From an uncultured Planctomycetales bacterium (lineage in GTDB: Bacteria; Omnitrophota; Gorgyraeia; Gygaellales; Profunditerraquicolaceae): a stretch of 64,000 nucleotides of DNA. This document shows, one piece after another, positions 1 to 8,546 of the stretch (position 1 is the stretch's first letter; the number at the start of each line of letters is the position of its first letter). The notes beneath the pieces are model-generated. The model searched no databases. It was not told the origin of the DNA and was given only the letters and a program-made list of their open reading frames with translations. The stretch covers positions 18,655-82,654 of the forward strand of contig CAZOGI010000011.1 of the NCBI GenBank assembly GCA_964579435.1. The letters run 5' to 3'. A program made the position numbers and the translations under genes.

Positions 1-428
1 CGACCTTTTCGGCGAATCCCCTGGGAACGGCGATCGGCCTGGAGACCATGCGGCTCATCGAGTCGTCCGATTTCGCCAATGAGATCCCGCGCAAAGGCTC
101 GTACCTGGTCTCGCGGTTCAAGCAGTTGCGCAAAAAGTATCCGCAGATCGGGCATGTCGACGGGCTGGGGTTGGCCGTGCGCATCGAGATGTGCCAGCGT
201 GACGGCTTTACCCCGGACAAAGAGCTGACCGATGCGATCGCCGCGCTCGGCCTCAGCGGCACCCTGACTGCCGGCGGCGGAAAAAAACGCGGGTTGATAC
301 TGGATGTGGGAGGCTACTACAAGAACGTCTTTACCCTGGCACCCAGTTTCTATATTTCCAAGCGGGAGATCGATCTGGGAGTCGATCTTTTCGAGGAAGC
401 CTTGACCCGCGCACTCGCCGGCCAGTAA
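1..428 (+). CDS. Class-III (omega) aminotransferase, C-terminal part; 5' end lies outside the window
   Basis: The frame is open from nt 3. The translation ...NPLGTAIGLETMRLIE...GGYYKNVFTLAPSFYISKREID matches the C-terminal small domain of class-III PLP aminotransferases. Confidence 0.7.
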   Translation, partial: TFSANPLGTAIGLETMRLIESSDFANEIPRKGSYLVSRFKQLRKKYPQIGHVDGLGLAVRIEMCQRDGFTPDKELTDAIAALGLSGTLTAGGGKKRGLILDVGGYYKNVFTLAPSFYISKREIDLGVDLFEEALTRALAGQ

Positions 429-470
429 CCGCTCCCGTTATCCGCACCCGCGTGCTGCAGATCGGCAATT

Positions 471-1682
471 ATGGATACACGCATAGTCATTACCGGTGTC
501 GGCCTGGTGAGTTCCCTGGGGACCGGCAGGGAGTGTTTTTTCGAAGCGCTCTTTGCGGGCGCCGACGGGACAGGGCCGGTACAGCTTTTCGATACGGCCT
601 CCTTGCCGGTGAAGCTGGCCGCGCCGGTGAAGGATTTCTCTGCCGAACAGATACTGGGCGCTCAGGGTCTGCGCACGCTTGACCGCAGTACCCGATTGCT
701 CCTTGCCGCCGGGAAGCTGGCGCTGCAGGATGCCGGATTGGCCGAAGGAGCCGTTGTTCCCGAAGCATTGGGGGTGGCGACCGGATCGACCCTGGGCAGC
801 CTCAAGAGCATCTGCGGATTCGATATCGAATCGCTGCGCGAGGGGCCGCGCTACGTCAATCCCGCGCTCTTTCCCAATACGGTTTTGAACTCTTCCTCGA
901 GCCAGCTCTCGATCCGCTGCAATGCCCGGGCGTTCAACGTGACCATGTCGCAGGGCGCCTGCAGCGGCCTGGCGGCGCTGCGTTATGCCGCGCAGGCGCT
1001 TCTGGCCGGGCGGGCGCGGGTGGTGCTTGCCGGCGGGGTCGAAGAGCTGTGCGAAGAGGCTTTTATGGGCATGCTCTCGGCCGGGATCCTCTCCGGAAGC
1101 CGGCCGGGGAGCGAGACGCTTTCCTGTCCCTTTGACCGCAGGCGTAACGGCCTTGTCGCCGGTGAAGGGGCCTGCGTGCTGGTGGTGGAAACACTGCGCG
1201 ATGCCCGGCGGCGCAACGCCGTTATTCTCGGGGAGTGTTGCGGTTGGGGCGAGGGTTTCGGCAGGAGCGACGGATTGCAAAGGTCGATGACCGAGGCGAT
1301 GCGCTCGGCGCACTGCCGGGGTGAGGATCTGGCCTACCTTTCGGCATCGGCTGTTTCCCTTCCTGATCAGGATGCCCGGGAGGCCCGGGCAATCAGACAA
1401 ACCTTCGGGGCCGACGCCGGCGGGCTGCCGGTCAGCGCGCTCGCTTCGCAGATCGGTTCTTGTTACAGCGCTGCGGGATCGTTTCAGGCCGTTTCGGCGC
1501 TCGGGGCGTTGCAAGCGGACCGTATTCCGGCGACGATACACACCGATCTGCCGGATGAAACGCTGGGGATCGACGTGGTTACGCAGCCGCGCGGCGGCTC
1601 GGGAAAAGAGTACGTATTGGTCAATGCCGTTGACGCGACCGCGGCCTCGGCCAGCCTGGTTCTGCGGCGTTATTGCGGGTGA
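471..1682 (+). CDS. Beta-ketoacyl synthase paralog (CLF-like). It retains the Cys region (GACSG) but lacks both catalytic His residues
   Basis: 403 aa with a thiolase/KAS fold (VITGVGLVS, VLAGGVEE, GEGACVLVVE). The positions of the HGTGT and GHxxGAAG motifs read SASAVS and GSCYSAAG. Confidence 0.8.
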   Translation: MDTRIVITGVGLVSSLGTGRECFFEALFAGADGTGPVQLFDTASLPVKLAAPVKDFSAEQILGAQGLRTLDRSTRLLLAAGKLALQDAGLAEGAVVPEALGVATGSTLGSLKSICGFDIESLREGPRYVNPALFPNTVLNSSSSQLSIRCNARAFNVTMSQGACSGLAALRYAAQALLAGRARVVLAGGVEELCEEAFMGMLSAGILSGSRPGSETLSCPFDRRRNGLVAGEGACVLVVETLRDARRRNAVILGECCGWGEGFGRSDGLQRSMTEAMRSAHCRGEDLAYLSASAVSLPDQDAREARAIRQTFGADAGGLPVSALASQIGSCYSAAGSFQAVSALGALQADRIPATIHTDLPDETLGIDVVTQPRGGSGKEYVLVNAVDATAASASLVLRRYCG

Positions 1683-1686
1683 TGCG

Positions 1687-2436
1687 ATGTCCTTGAAAGA
1701 CAAGCGGGCACTGGTCACGGGAGGCTCCCGGGGAATCGGGCGCGCCATATGCTCGATGCTCCTGCGGGAAGGGGCGCGGGTTGTTTTTACCTACCACTGC
1801 GCGCAGGAGGCGGCGCGCGCCTTGCAGGAGGAAGCCGCCGGCCGGGGCGCAGTGTGTCTGCCGCTGCGGGCGGACGTGCGGGATTTCGAAGGATCGCGCG
1901 GCGCGGTCGAAGAGGCAAAACGGCTTCTCGGCGGGCTGGATATCCTCGTCAATAACGCCGGCATAACCGCGGATAAGGCGTTGATGATGATGTCCCGGCA
2001 GGACTGGGAGGCGGTCGTGGAGACCAACCTCGGCGGGGTGTTCAACATGACCCGCAACGCGATCGTCGCCTTTCTGAAGCAGAAGGGCGGCTCGATCGTC
2101 AATATCACTTCGGTCAGCGGCATGGTGGGATTGCCTCGCCAGACGAATTACGCCGCCGCTAAGGCCGGGATCATCGGCTTCACCAAGGCGCTCGCCCGGG
2201 AGGTCGCCGCCTACGGCATCCGCGTCAACGCGGTTGCCCCCGGATTCATCGAGACGGACATGGTCGCCGGGCTCGCCCCGCAGCTGCGCGAACGCATGCT
2301 GGCGCGGATTCCGGCAGGGCGTTTCGGGTCAGCCGATGACGTAGCGTATGCGGTCCGGTTCCTCCTCGGGGAGGAGGCCGCGTTCATAACCGGTCAGGTG
2401 CTGGTCAGCGACGGCGGATTGTCTTTGGCATTGTAG
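1687..2436 (+). CDS. 3-oxoacyl-ACP reductase-like short-chain dehydrogenase (FabG paralog)
   Basis: Glycine-rich motif TGGSRGIGRA, NNAG, and YAAAKAG Tyr/Lys catalytic motif. The ATG at 1687 lies in the long ORF frame and follows the upstream stop at 1682. Confidence 0.85.
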   Translation: MSLKDKRALVTGGSRGIGRAICSMLLREGARVVFTYHCAQEAARALQEEAAGRGAVCLPLRADVRDFEGSRGAVEEAKRLLGGLDILVNNAGITADKALMMMSRQDWEAVVETNLGGVFNMTRNAIVAFLKQKGGSIVNITSVSGMVGLPRQTNYAAAKAGIIGFTKALAREVAAYGIRVNAVAPGFIETDMVAGLAPQLRERMLARIPAGRFGSADDVAYAVRFLLGEEAAFITGQVLVSDGGLSLAL

Positions 2437-2451
2437 AAACAAGGAGAGGAT

Positions 2452-2709
2452 ATGGCGGATCTTGCGCACGAGCTTAAACAGGTGATTGCCGAAATCATCG
2501 AGAAAGACCCCGGACTCATCGCGGATGATGCGCGTTTCGCCGAGGATCTGGGGGTTGATTCCATGATGGCCCTTGAGATACTCGCGGCGATCGAGAAGAA
2601 ATACAAAATCCAGATCCCCGAAGACAAACTGATGGAGATGTCCACCTTCAGTAAGACCCTGGCGATCGCCCGGGAGTATCTGGAGAAAAAACAGAATGCC
2701 TCCGCTTGA
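2452..2709 (+). CDS. Dedicated acyl carrier protein
   Basis: 85 aa with the LGVDSMMALE phosphopantetheine-attachment Ser motif. AGGAGAGG ribosome-binding site (RBS) upstream. Confidence 0.85.
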   Translation: MADLAHELKQVIAEIIEKDPGLIADDARFAEDLGVDSMMALEILAAIEKKYKIQIPEDKLMEMSTFSKTLAIAREYLEKKQNASA

Positions 2710-3136
2710 AGCCGCAGACCTGAAGAGAATCCTGCCCCAGCGGTATCCTTTCCTGATGATCGACCGGGTGGTGGAGTGTGAGCCCCTGAAGCGGGTCGTT
2801 GCCCTCAAGAATGTCTCTTACACCGAGGCGTTCTTTGCCGGGCATTTTCCGGGTACGTCCGTTTTTCCCGGGGTGCTGCTGGTGGAGGCAATGGCCCAGG
2901 CTTCGATCGTCCTGGTCGCATCGGCCCGCGCGGATGCGCCTGAGCGCGGGACGTTTTATCTGGGGGCGGTCAAGGCGCGGTTCCTGCGGCCGGTGGTGCC
3001 GGGGGACCAGGTGCGTATAGTGGTAGAGCCGGAGAAGCTGGTGAGCGGCAAGGGAATCGTCAAGGCCCAGGCGTTTGTGGGTGATGCCGAAGTGGCGGGC
3101 GCACAGATCACCTTCGGGTTTACCAAGGAGGCATGA
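2696..3136 (+). CDS. FabZ-like 3-hydroxyacyl-ACP dehydratase
   Basis: RYPFLMIDRV...HFPGTSVFPGVLLVEAMAQA hot-dog motifs. Overlaps the ACP stop by 14 nt. Confidence 0.85.
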   Translation: MPPLEAADLKRILPQRYPFLMIDRVVECEPLKRVVALKNVSYTEAFFAGHFPGTSVFPGVLLVEAMAQASIVLVASARADAPERGTFYLGAVKARFLRPVVPGDQVRIVVEPEKLVSGKGIVKAQAFVGDAEVAGAQITFGFTKEA

Positions 3137-3625
3137 ATGAAGCGCGCAGAAATGAGTACCTCGGGTTTCCCCCGGGCGTTCAGAGGGGCAGGTCTTTTGC
3201 TGTGCGTGATCGCACTTGTTGTTTCGTGCGCGCACGCGCAAACGGCATCGACGAACGAATTACAGGAAGGTCGCTACGTCCTGGTCATGATGAAGGGCCG
3301 CGCGATCTCCAACACGCGGGTGCCGACGATGATCCTGGACAGTTACCAGGGGATCGTCTGGACCTGCCAGAACCTGCAGGACAGCAATCCCCTGTGGGTG
3401 AAGGTTGATCTTGCCCGTAACGCCGGCACCATCGGCCGCAAGCGCTACGTCGCACGCATGCTCGAGTGGCAGGATGCGGATCTGCGCATGCCGGGTATCG
3501 TTTTGGATGTGGAAGAGGGGATCATCTGGACCTGTCCCAACATCATCGACGGCAAGGCGGTCTGGATACGCAAGGATCTTCGTAAAGAAACCGGCGAACA
3601 GGCCGGTGACGGCGGCAATGAGTAG
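3137..3625 (+). CDS. Lipoprotein or secreted protein with internal tandem duplication, unknown function
   Basis: Signal peptide with lipobox-like VVSC. Two repeats (QGIVWTCQNL...PLWVKVDL and EGIIWTCPNI...AVWIRKDL). The start abuts the FabZ-like stop. Confidence 0.6.
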   Translation: MKRAEMSTSGFPRAFRGAGLLLCVIALVVSCAHAQTASTNELQEGRYVLVMMKGRAISNTRVPTMILDSYQGIVWTCQNLQDSNPLWVKVDLARNAGTIGRKRYVARMLEWQDADLRMPGIVLDVEEGIIWTCPNIIDGKAVWIRKDLRKETGEQAGDGGNE

Positions 3626-3791
3626 GATCTCGATTCTTTCGTTGTGCATGGTACTGCTCGCCTGCGGGTGCGCCCCGCGCATGAAGTATCACCGCGACGC
3701 CGAAGGTCTGCTGCAAAATTCCTGCCGCAGCGGTGAGGGTGTCAATACGCAGGATCTGCAGAAAGAGCCCAAGGATCTGACGCAGCGATGA
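3618..3791 (+). CDS. Small lipoprotein (57 aa), unknown function
   Basis: MSRISILSLCMVLLACGC signal with LLAC lipobox. Overlaps the upstream stop. Its stop overlaps the KS start (ATGA at 3788). Confidence 0.45.
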   Translation: MSRISILSLCMVLLACGCAPRMKYHRDAEGLLQNSCRSGEGVNTQDLQKEPKDLTQR

Positions 3792-4993
3792 AGAGGCGCG
3801 TCGTCATTACCGGGTTGGGGGTGGTTTCGGCGATCGGCAGCGGGGCCTTGCCTTTCTGGGAGGCGCTTATCAACGGGACCAGCGGCATCGGGGAGATAAC
3901 CGCTTTCGACACGACGGGTTACCCGACGCACCGGGGAGGGCAGATCAAGGGGTTTGATCCCCGGCAGTACCTGAGCGTACGTTGCGTCTCCCGGATGGGG
4001 AGGGCTTCGCACCTGGCGGTTTCCGCGGCGCAGCAGGCTTTTGTCGACGCCGAACTTGCCCAGCCGCTGCGGCGCACCGCGGGCTTGTGTTTCGGCAGCA
4101 CGATGGGGGAATCCGCGGTCCTGCAGGAGCTGGATGAGGCATGGCTTGCCGCAGGGTTCGCCGGGCTGGACCCGGCGAAGGTGAGGCAGTGTCCCGTCAG
4201 CACGATCGCCGCGCACTGCATGGCCGAATGCCGGCTGCGGGGGCCGGTGCGGGTCATAACCAACGCCTGCGCGGCCGGTAATTTCGCGCTCGGGGCGGCG
4301 TTCGACCTGATCCGCAGCGGCGAGGCCGAGGTGATGCTGGCAGGGGGGGCGGATGCGTTTTCGCGCATCGCCTTTACCGGGTTCAACCGGATGCTGGCGG
4401 TTGCGCCGCAGAAATGTCAGCCTTTTGACAAGAACCGCAAAGGCATGATGGTCGCGGAGGGCGCGGCGTTTTTCGTCCTTGAGTCGCAGGCGCACGCCGC
4501 GGCACGGGGTAAGCGCGCCTACGCCGAGGTCCTGGGATACGGCATCAGCTGCGACGCGCATCATATGAGCGCTCCGCACCACCGCGGCATCGCTGCCGCC
4601 CTGCAGGGAGCGCTCGATGCGGCGGGGATAACCTGCGGCGACGTCGATTATATCAGCGCGCACGGGACCGGCACGCCGGCGAATGACCGCGAGGAGTGCC
4701 TGGCGCTGCGCAGCGTTTTCGCAGATTCCTCCCGTCGCATACCGGTCAGTTCGATCAAATCAATGCTCGGCCACACGATGGGCGCGGCTTCGGCGATCGA
4801 AACGGTCGCCTGTTGCATGGCGATCGCGCACGGCGTGGTGCCCCCGACGGTCAATTTCGAGACGCCGGACCCGGACTGTGACATCGACTGCGTCCCCAAT
4901 GTCGCGCGCCGAATGCGCGTGCGGGTTGCGCTCAATACCGCCTCGGCTTTCGGCGGCAACAACGCCTGCGTCGCCCTGGCGGAGGCCGCCTGA
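3788..4993 (+). CDS. Beta-ketoacyl-ACP synthase (FabF/FabB-like KS) with an intact Cys-His-His triad
   Basis: ITNACAAG (Cys), SAHGTGTP (His) and SMLGHTMGAAS (His). 401 aa. Confidence 0.9.
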   Translation: MKRRVVITGLGVVSAIGSGALPFWEALINGTSGIGEITAFDTTGYPTHRGGQIKGFDPRQYLSVRCVSRMGRASHLAVSAAQQAFVDAELAQPLRRTAGLCFGSTMGESAVLQELDEAWLAAGFAGLDPAKVRQCPVSTIAAHCMAECRLRGPVRVITNACAAGNFALGAAFDLIRSGEAEVMLAGGADAFSRIAFTGFNRMLAVAPQKCQPFDKNRKGMMVAEGAAFFVLESQAHAAARGKRAYAEVLGYGISCDAHHMSAPHHRGIAAALQGALDAAGITCGDVDYISAHGTGTPANDREECLALRSVFADSSRRIPVSSIKSMLGHTMGAASAIETVACCMAIAHGVVPPTVNFETPDPDCDIDCVPNVARRMRVRVALNTASAFGGNNACVALAEAA

Positions 4994-5841
4994 TGCAGGC
5001 TCCTGAGCTGCGCCCCCACGGTTTTTTCCATAAAGGTTCCTCCACCGGGATACTCCTCATCCACGGGATAACCGGTGCCCCGGCCGAAATGCAGTTCCTC
5101 GGCCGCAAGCTCAACGGTGCAGGGTTTTCCGTTCTCTGCAACAGCCTCCCCGGCCATTGCGCGGGCCTGCAGGCGCTGCAGGCGGTCACCTGGCAGGAGA
5201 TCGCCGCTGCCTGCGCAGAGGATCTGCGGCAGCTGCGTTCGTGTTGCGAGACGGTTTTTGTCTGCGGGCTCTCGGCCGGAGCGCTCCTGTCTTTGTATCT
5301 GGCCGCGCAGCAGGCAGAGGCGGTCCGCGGGATCGTTGCGCTTGCCCCCACTTTTTTTTATGACGGCTGGGCGGTGCACAAGGGCAGGGCGGTGCTTGAG
5401 CTGCTTTGGCATATCCCGTTCGTGCGCAAAAGGGTGCTCATTCCCGAAAGCCATCCCTTCGGCCTTAAAGATGAGACGCTGCGCAGCATCATCGAGCGGC
5501 TGTACCGGCTGCAGCGGCACGATACGAAGGCCAAACAGTCAGCCGAGGCGCTTTCTTTCGGCAGCCCGTTCTTTCCCGCTGCCTGCCTCTATCAGCACGC
5601 GCGTTTCGTGAAGGTCGTCAGGCCGCTCCTGCCGACGGTCAAGGCGCCGCTTTTGATCCTGCATGCGCGCGAGGACGACATGGTCAGCCTCAAGAACGCC
5701 GAATATTGCCTGCGCAGCTGCGGCAGCGCGGACAAAAAGCTCATCGTCCTTACGAACAGTTACCATATGATCACTATCGATCAGGAAAAAGAGGCGGTCG
5801 CGCAGGAGGTTGTCGCATTCCTGAGCCGGCTGGCGGCGTGA
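4993..5841 (+). CDS. Alpha/beta-hydrolase fold esterase or thioesterase
   Basis: GLSAG nucleophile elbow, LLIHGITG oxyanion region, C-terminal His. 1-nt TGATG overlap with the KS stop. Confidence 0.75.
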   Translation: MQAPELRPHGFFHKGSSTGILLIHGITGAPAEMQFLGRKLNGAGFSVLCNSLPGHCAGLQALQAVTWQEIAAACAEDLRQLRSCCETVFVCGLSAGALLSLYLAAQQAEAVRGIVALAPTFFYDGWAVHKGRAVLELLWHIPFVRKRVLIPESHPFGLKDETLRSIIERLYRLQRHDTKAKQSAEALSFGSPFFPAACLYQHARFVKVVRPLLPTVKAPLLILHAREDDMVSLKNAEYCLRSCGSADKKLIVLTNSYHMITIDQEKEAVAQEVVAFLSRLAA

Positions 5842-7358
5842 AGAGCGGTTACGACGCGATCGTCGTCGGCGCCGGGATCGGCGGGCTTTTCGCGGCCTTG
5901 GAGCTTTCCACCAAGGGAAAGCGCGTCCTGCTCCTGGAGGCGCAGCCGGTGCCCGGCGGGTTCGCGACGCAGTTCAGGCGCCGCGGGTTCACCTTCGAAT
6001 CGTCGCTGCACTGCGTCGACGGCCTCGGCAAGGACCAGCCGATACGCATGTACCTGCAGATGAACGCGTTCGTGGCCGGGATCTCTTTCCTGCCCCTGAA
6101 GGAATTCGCGCGCATCAGCTATCCCCAGCACGATTTCCTCATCGACGCGGACGTACAGGGCTACAAGAAATACCTCCTCGCCCAGTTTCCGGGAGACAAG
6201 AGCGGGATCGAGCGGCTCTTTTTGTTCTACGAGCGGTTCTACCGCGAGTTCGACGCCTTTGAGGAATCGAGCCTCCCCGAAGCCATGCGCATGCTGCTGT
6301 GCCCGTTTCTCTTCCGCACGATCCTGAAGACCTCGCTGATGAGCGTCGAGCGGCTCCTGAACGGGTTCGTGCGTTCCCCGCAGCTGAAGGCGATCCTCGC
6401 CGACCATTGGCGTTTTCTCGGCTTGCCGCCGAGCGAGCTCTCGGCTTTCTATTTCCTCGTGGCGCTGCGCGGCTATTATTTCGAGAAGACCGCGTATGTC
6501 CGGGGCGGGTATCCGCAACTGGTGCGCGCGATCGTGGAGACGCTGCGCACGCGGGGGGCGGAAATCCTGTTTAAGACGACCGTCAACGCCATCCTGACCG
6601 ACGGCCGCCGGCGGGTGCGGGGTGTGCGCACCGGCGACGGCACGGAGTATCTGGCGCCGGTAGTCGTCTCCAACGTCAATGTCCCCGATACCGTCAGCGT
6701 GCTCCTGGACGACGCCCGCCTGCGCGCGACGCTGGGCAGCAGGGTCAACGGCATGGAAAAGAGCGTCTCCATCTTCCAGGTGTATCTGGGGCTCAACCGG
6801 CCGGCAAAGGATCTGGGGATGAGCTGCCCGCTGCGTTTCATCAACCCTTCCTACGATCACGAGGCGTCTTTTGCCGCAAGCGTGCGCGGCGATTACGCGC
6901 ATGCTCCCCTGGGGCTGGTCGATCACGCCCAGGTCGACGCGACGCTGGTGCCCGAAGGCAAGGGGAGTCTCATCATCATGGTCTACGATTCGTTCCGCAA
7001 CTGGCAGAGCGCCAGCATCGACCGGGCGGAATACGAGCGTAAAAAAGAGGCCGTCTGCGCTCAGTTGATCGCGCGCGCGCAAGCGCACCTGCCGGGCCTG
7101 GCGGCGGCAATCGAGGTCAGGGAGGCGGCAACTCCCCTGACGATGCAGCGCTACACGCATGCCCCGGAAGGCGCCGTGTACGGGTTTGCCCAGACGATCG
7201 CACAATCGTCGGTCAACCGTTTCCCGCAGAAGCTTGCGGTCTCGGGGCTTTTTTTGGCCGGGGCATGGACTTTCCCCGGCGCGGGGATGCACGGCTGTTT
7301 CCATTCGGGGCTGGAGGCGGCATCCCTGGCGTTGCGCTATCTTTCTCGAGCCCGATAG
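5838..7358 (+). CDS. FAD-dependent oxidoreductase of the phytoene desaturase (CrtI/CrtD) family
   Basis: GTG start overlapping the upstream TGA. YDAIVVGAGIGGL Rossmann dinucleotide-binding motif and an amine-oxidase-like C-terminus. Confidence 0.75.
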   Translation: MKSGYDAIVVGAGIGGLFAALELSTKGKRVLLLEAQPVPGGFATQFRRRGFTFESSLHCVDGLGKDQPIRMYLQMNAFVAGISFLPLKEFARISYPQHDFLIDADVQGYKKYLLAQFPGDKSGIERLFLFYERFYREFDAFEESSLPEAMRMLLCPFLFRTILKTSLMSVERLLNGFVRSPQLKAILADHWRFLGLPPSELSAFYFLVALRGYYFEKTAYVRGGYPQLVRAIVETLRTRGAEILFKTTVNAILTDGRRRVRGVRTGDGTEYLAPVVVSNVNVPDTVSVLLDDARLRATLGSRVNGMEKSVSIFQVYLGLNRPAKDLGMSCPLRFINPSYDHEASFAASVRGDYAHAPLGLVDHAQVDATLVPEGKGSLIIMVYDSFRNWQSASIDRAEYERKKEAVCAQLIARAQAHLPGLAAAIEVREAATPLTMQRYTHAPEGAVYGFAQTIAQSSVNRFPQKLAVSGLFLAGAWTFPGAGMHGCFHSGLEAASLALRYLSRAR

Positions 7359-7369
7359 GCAGAATTCCC

Positions 7370-7399
7370 TTGACATAACCCGTTACAATCATTTATAGT
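7370..7399 (+). promoter_or_regulatory. Sigma70-like promoter TTGACA-18-TATAGT upstream of the PagL-like gene
   Basis: TTGACA at 7370-7375 and TATAGT at 7394-7399. A perfect AGGAGG RBS lies upstream of the ATG at 7460. Confidence 0.5.
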
Positions 7400-7459
7400 T
7401 AAGGAAAATGCGTCGTCTGTTTTTCTATTGAAGAAGCCCTACTACCATCAGGAGGAAAG

Positions 7460-8065
7460 ATGAGGAACGGTCTTGCCTTTTTTCTGGCGTTGCTGTTAGG
7501 GATTAGCGCGTCATCTGCGGTCAGCGCCGCCGAGGATGCCTCCTGCGGCAACGGTTTCCTTAAGAATATCCAGGCGGTCGAATGCCTGGTGGGGTTTAGC
7601 ACGGGAAAGCTGCGGGAGCAGCGTGATTACCGGATGATCCCCTTGATGTTCGCCCTCGATTTCAATTTCAAGGAACTGCTGGAGAATAAGACAAAATTCA
7701 AATATTACGGCCTGCTCCAGTTCCAGATCGAGCCGTATATCTCGACGGTTTACCAGCCCGATCCCAACGTCGAGCTCGGCAACGGCTTTGTCCTGAAACT
7801 GGGCTTGTTGCCGGAGCGTTTCGCGTTCCAGCCGTACGTCAAGGGCGGGGCGGGGATGTCTTTTATGTCGCAGCACACCCGCGAGCAGTCGACGGGCTTC
7901 AATTTCTACGAGTATGTCGCCTTGGGCGGGCACTATTTCCTGAAAAAATCGCTTGCTGTTACGGTCGAGTACCGTTTCCGTCATCTCTCGAACGCCGGCA
8001 TCGACCATCCGAATAAGGGTATCGAGAGCCATTTCGGCATGGTGGGAGTCCTTTATTCTTTCTAG
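7460..8065 (+). CDS. pagL: Outer-membrane lipid A 3-O-deacylase (PagL family)
   Basis: Signal peptide. Beta-barrel ending in aromatic F. RFRHLSNAG matches the PagL His/Ser catalytic motif HxSNx. Confidence 0.7.
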   Translation: MRNGLAFFLALLLGISASSAVSAAEDASCGNGFLKNIQAVECLVGFSTGKLREQRDYRMIPLMFALDFNFKELLENKTKFKYYGLLQFQIEPYISTVYQPDPNVELGNGFVLKLGLLPERFAFQPYVKGGAGMSFMSQHTREQSTGFNFYEYVALGGHYFLKKSLAVTVEYRFRHLSNAGIDHPNKGIESHFGMVGVLYSF

Positions 8066-8069
8066 CTTC

Positions 8070-8546
8070 CTGACGCACGGCAGACTGCTTTCGCGGTGGT
8101 TTCTTTTCTTTTCCCCGGGCCTCTTTGCGGCGGCTCTGGTCGGGGCGCGTCCTCTTGCGGTTGAGGCGGCTTCATACGCCGTGGAGGCGCAGGCAATCCC
8201 TTCCGAGGTCGCCTACGGGGATACCTTCCTGTATACCGTCAGCGTTTCTTCTTCCGAAAAAGAGTTTCCTGTCCCTACGTTCCCGCCGCTGGAAGCGTTT
8301 ACCGTGCTCTCGCAGGTGCAGTCGCTTTTTGAGTATCCGGCGCGCCCGTTGCGCTACGTCCAGCTATTTCTGATCAGGCTGCGGCCGAAATATTACGGGC
8401 CGGTGACGATCGAACCGTGCCTTTTGCGCGTCGGGGAAGAAACCTTCCAGAGCCAGCAGCTCATCGTGACCGTCAGGGGGCATGATCCGGCGCAGGAACT
8501 GCAGCGTTCATTTTTCGAACAGGAAGAGGGGCGTTTGCGAAAATGA
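8070..8546 (+). CDS. Secreted protein, weak BatD-like N-terminal domain; start codon uncertain
   Basis: Signal peptide LLSRWFLFFSPGLFAAALVGARPLAVEA. There is no in-frame ATG, GTG or TTG after the PagL-like stop, so a CTG or ATT start is implied. Confidence 0.35.
   Translation: MTHGRLLSRWFLFFSPGLFAAALVGARPLAVEAASYAVEAQAIPSEVAYGDTFLYTVSVSSSEKEFPVPTFPPLEAFTVLSQVQSLFEYPARPLRYVQLFLIRLRPKYYGPVTIEPCLLRVGEETFQSQQLIVTVRGHDPAQELQRSFFEQEEGRLRK

Noticed and set aside
1321-2436. 5' extension of the FabG-like ORF back to 1321
   Set aside because: The extension would overlap the upstream KS-like gene for 360 nt. The conserved SDR N-terminus (MSLKDKRALVTGGSRGIG) begins at ATG 1687, right after the upstream stop.
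5781-7376. 531-aa minus-strand ORF
   Set aside because: Exactly antisense to the CrtI-like oxidoreductase gene. Arg/Pro/Ala-rich low-complexity translation typical of antisense frames in high-GC DNA. No motifs.
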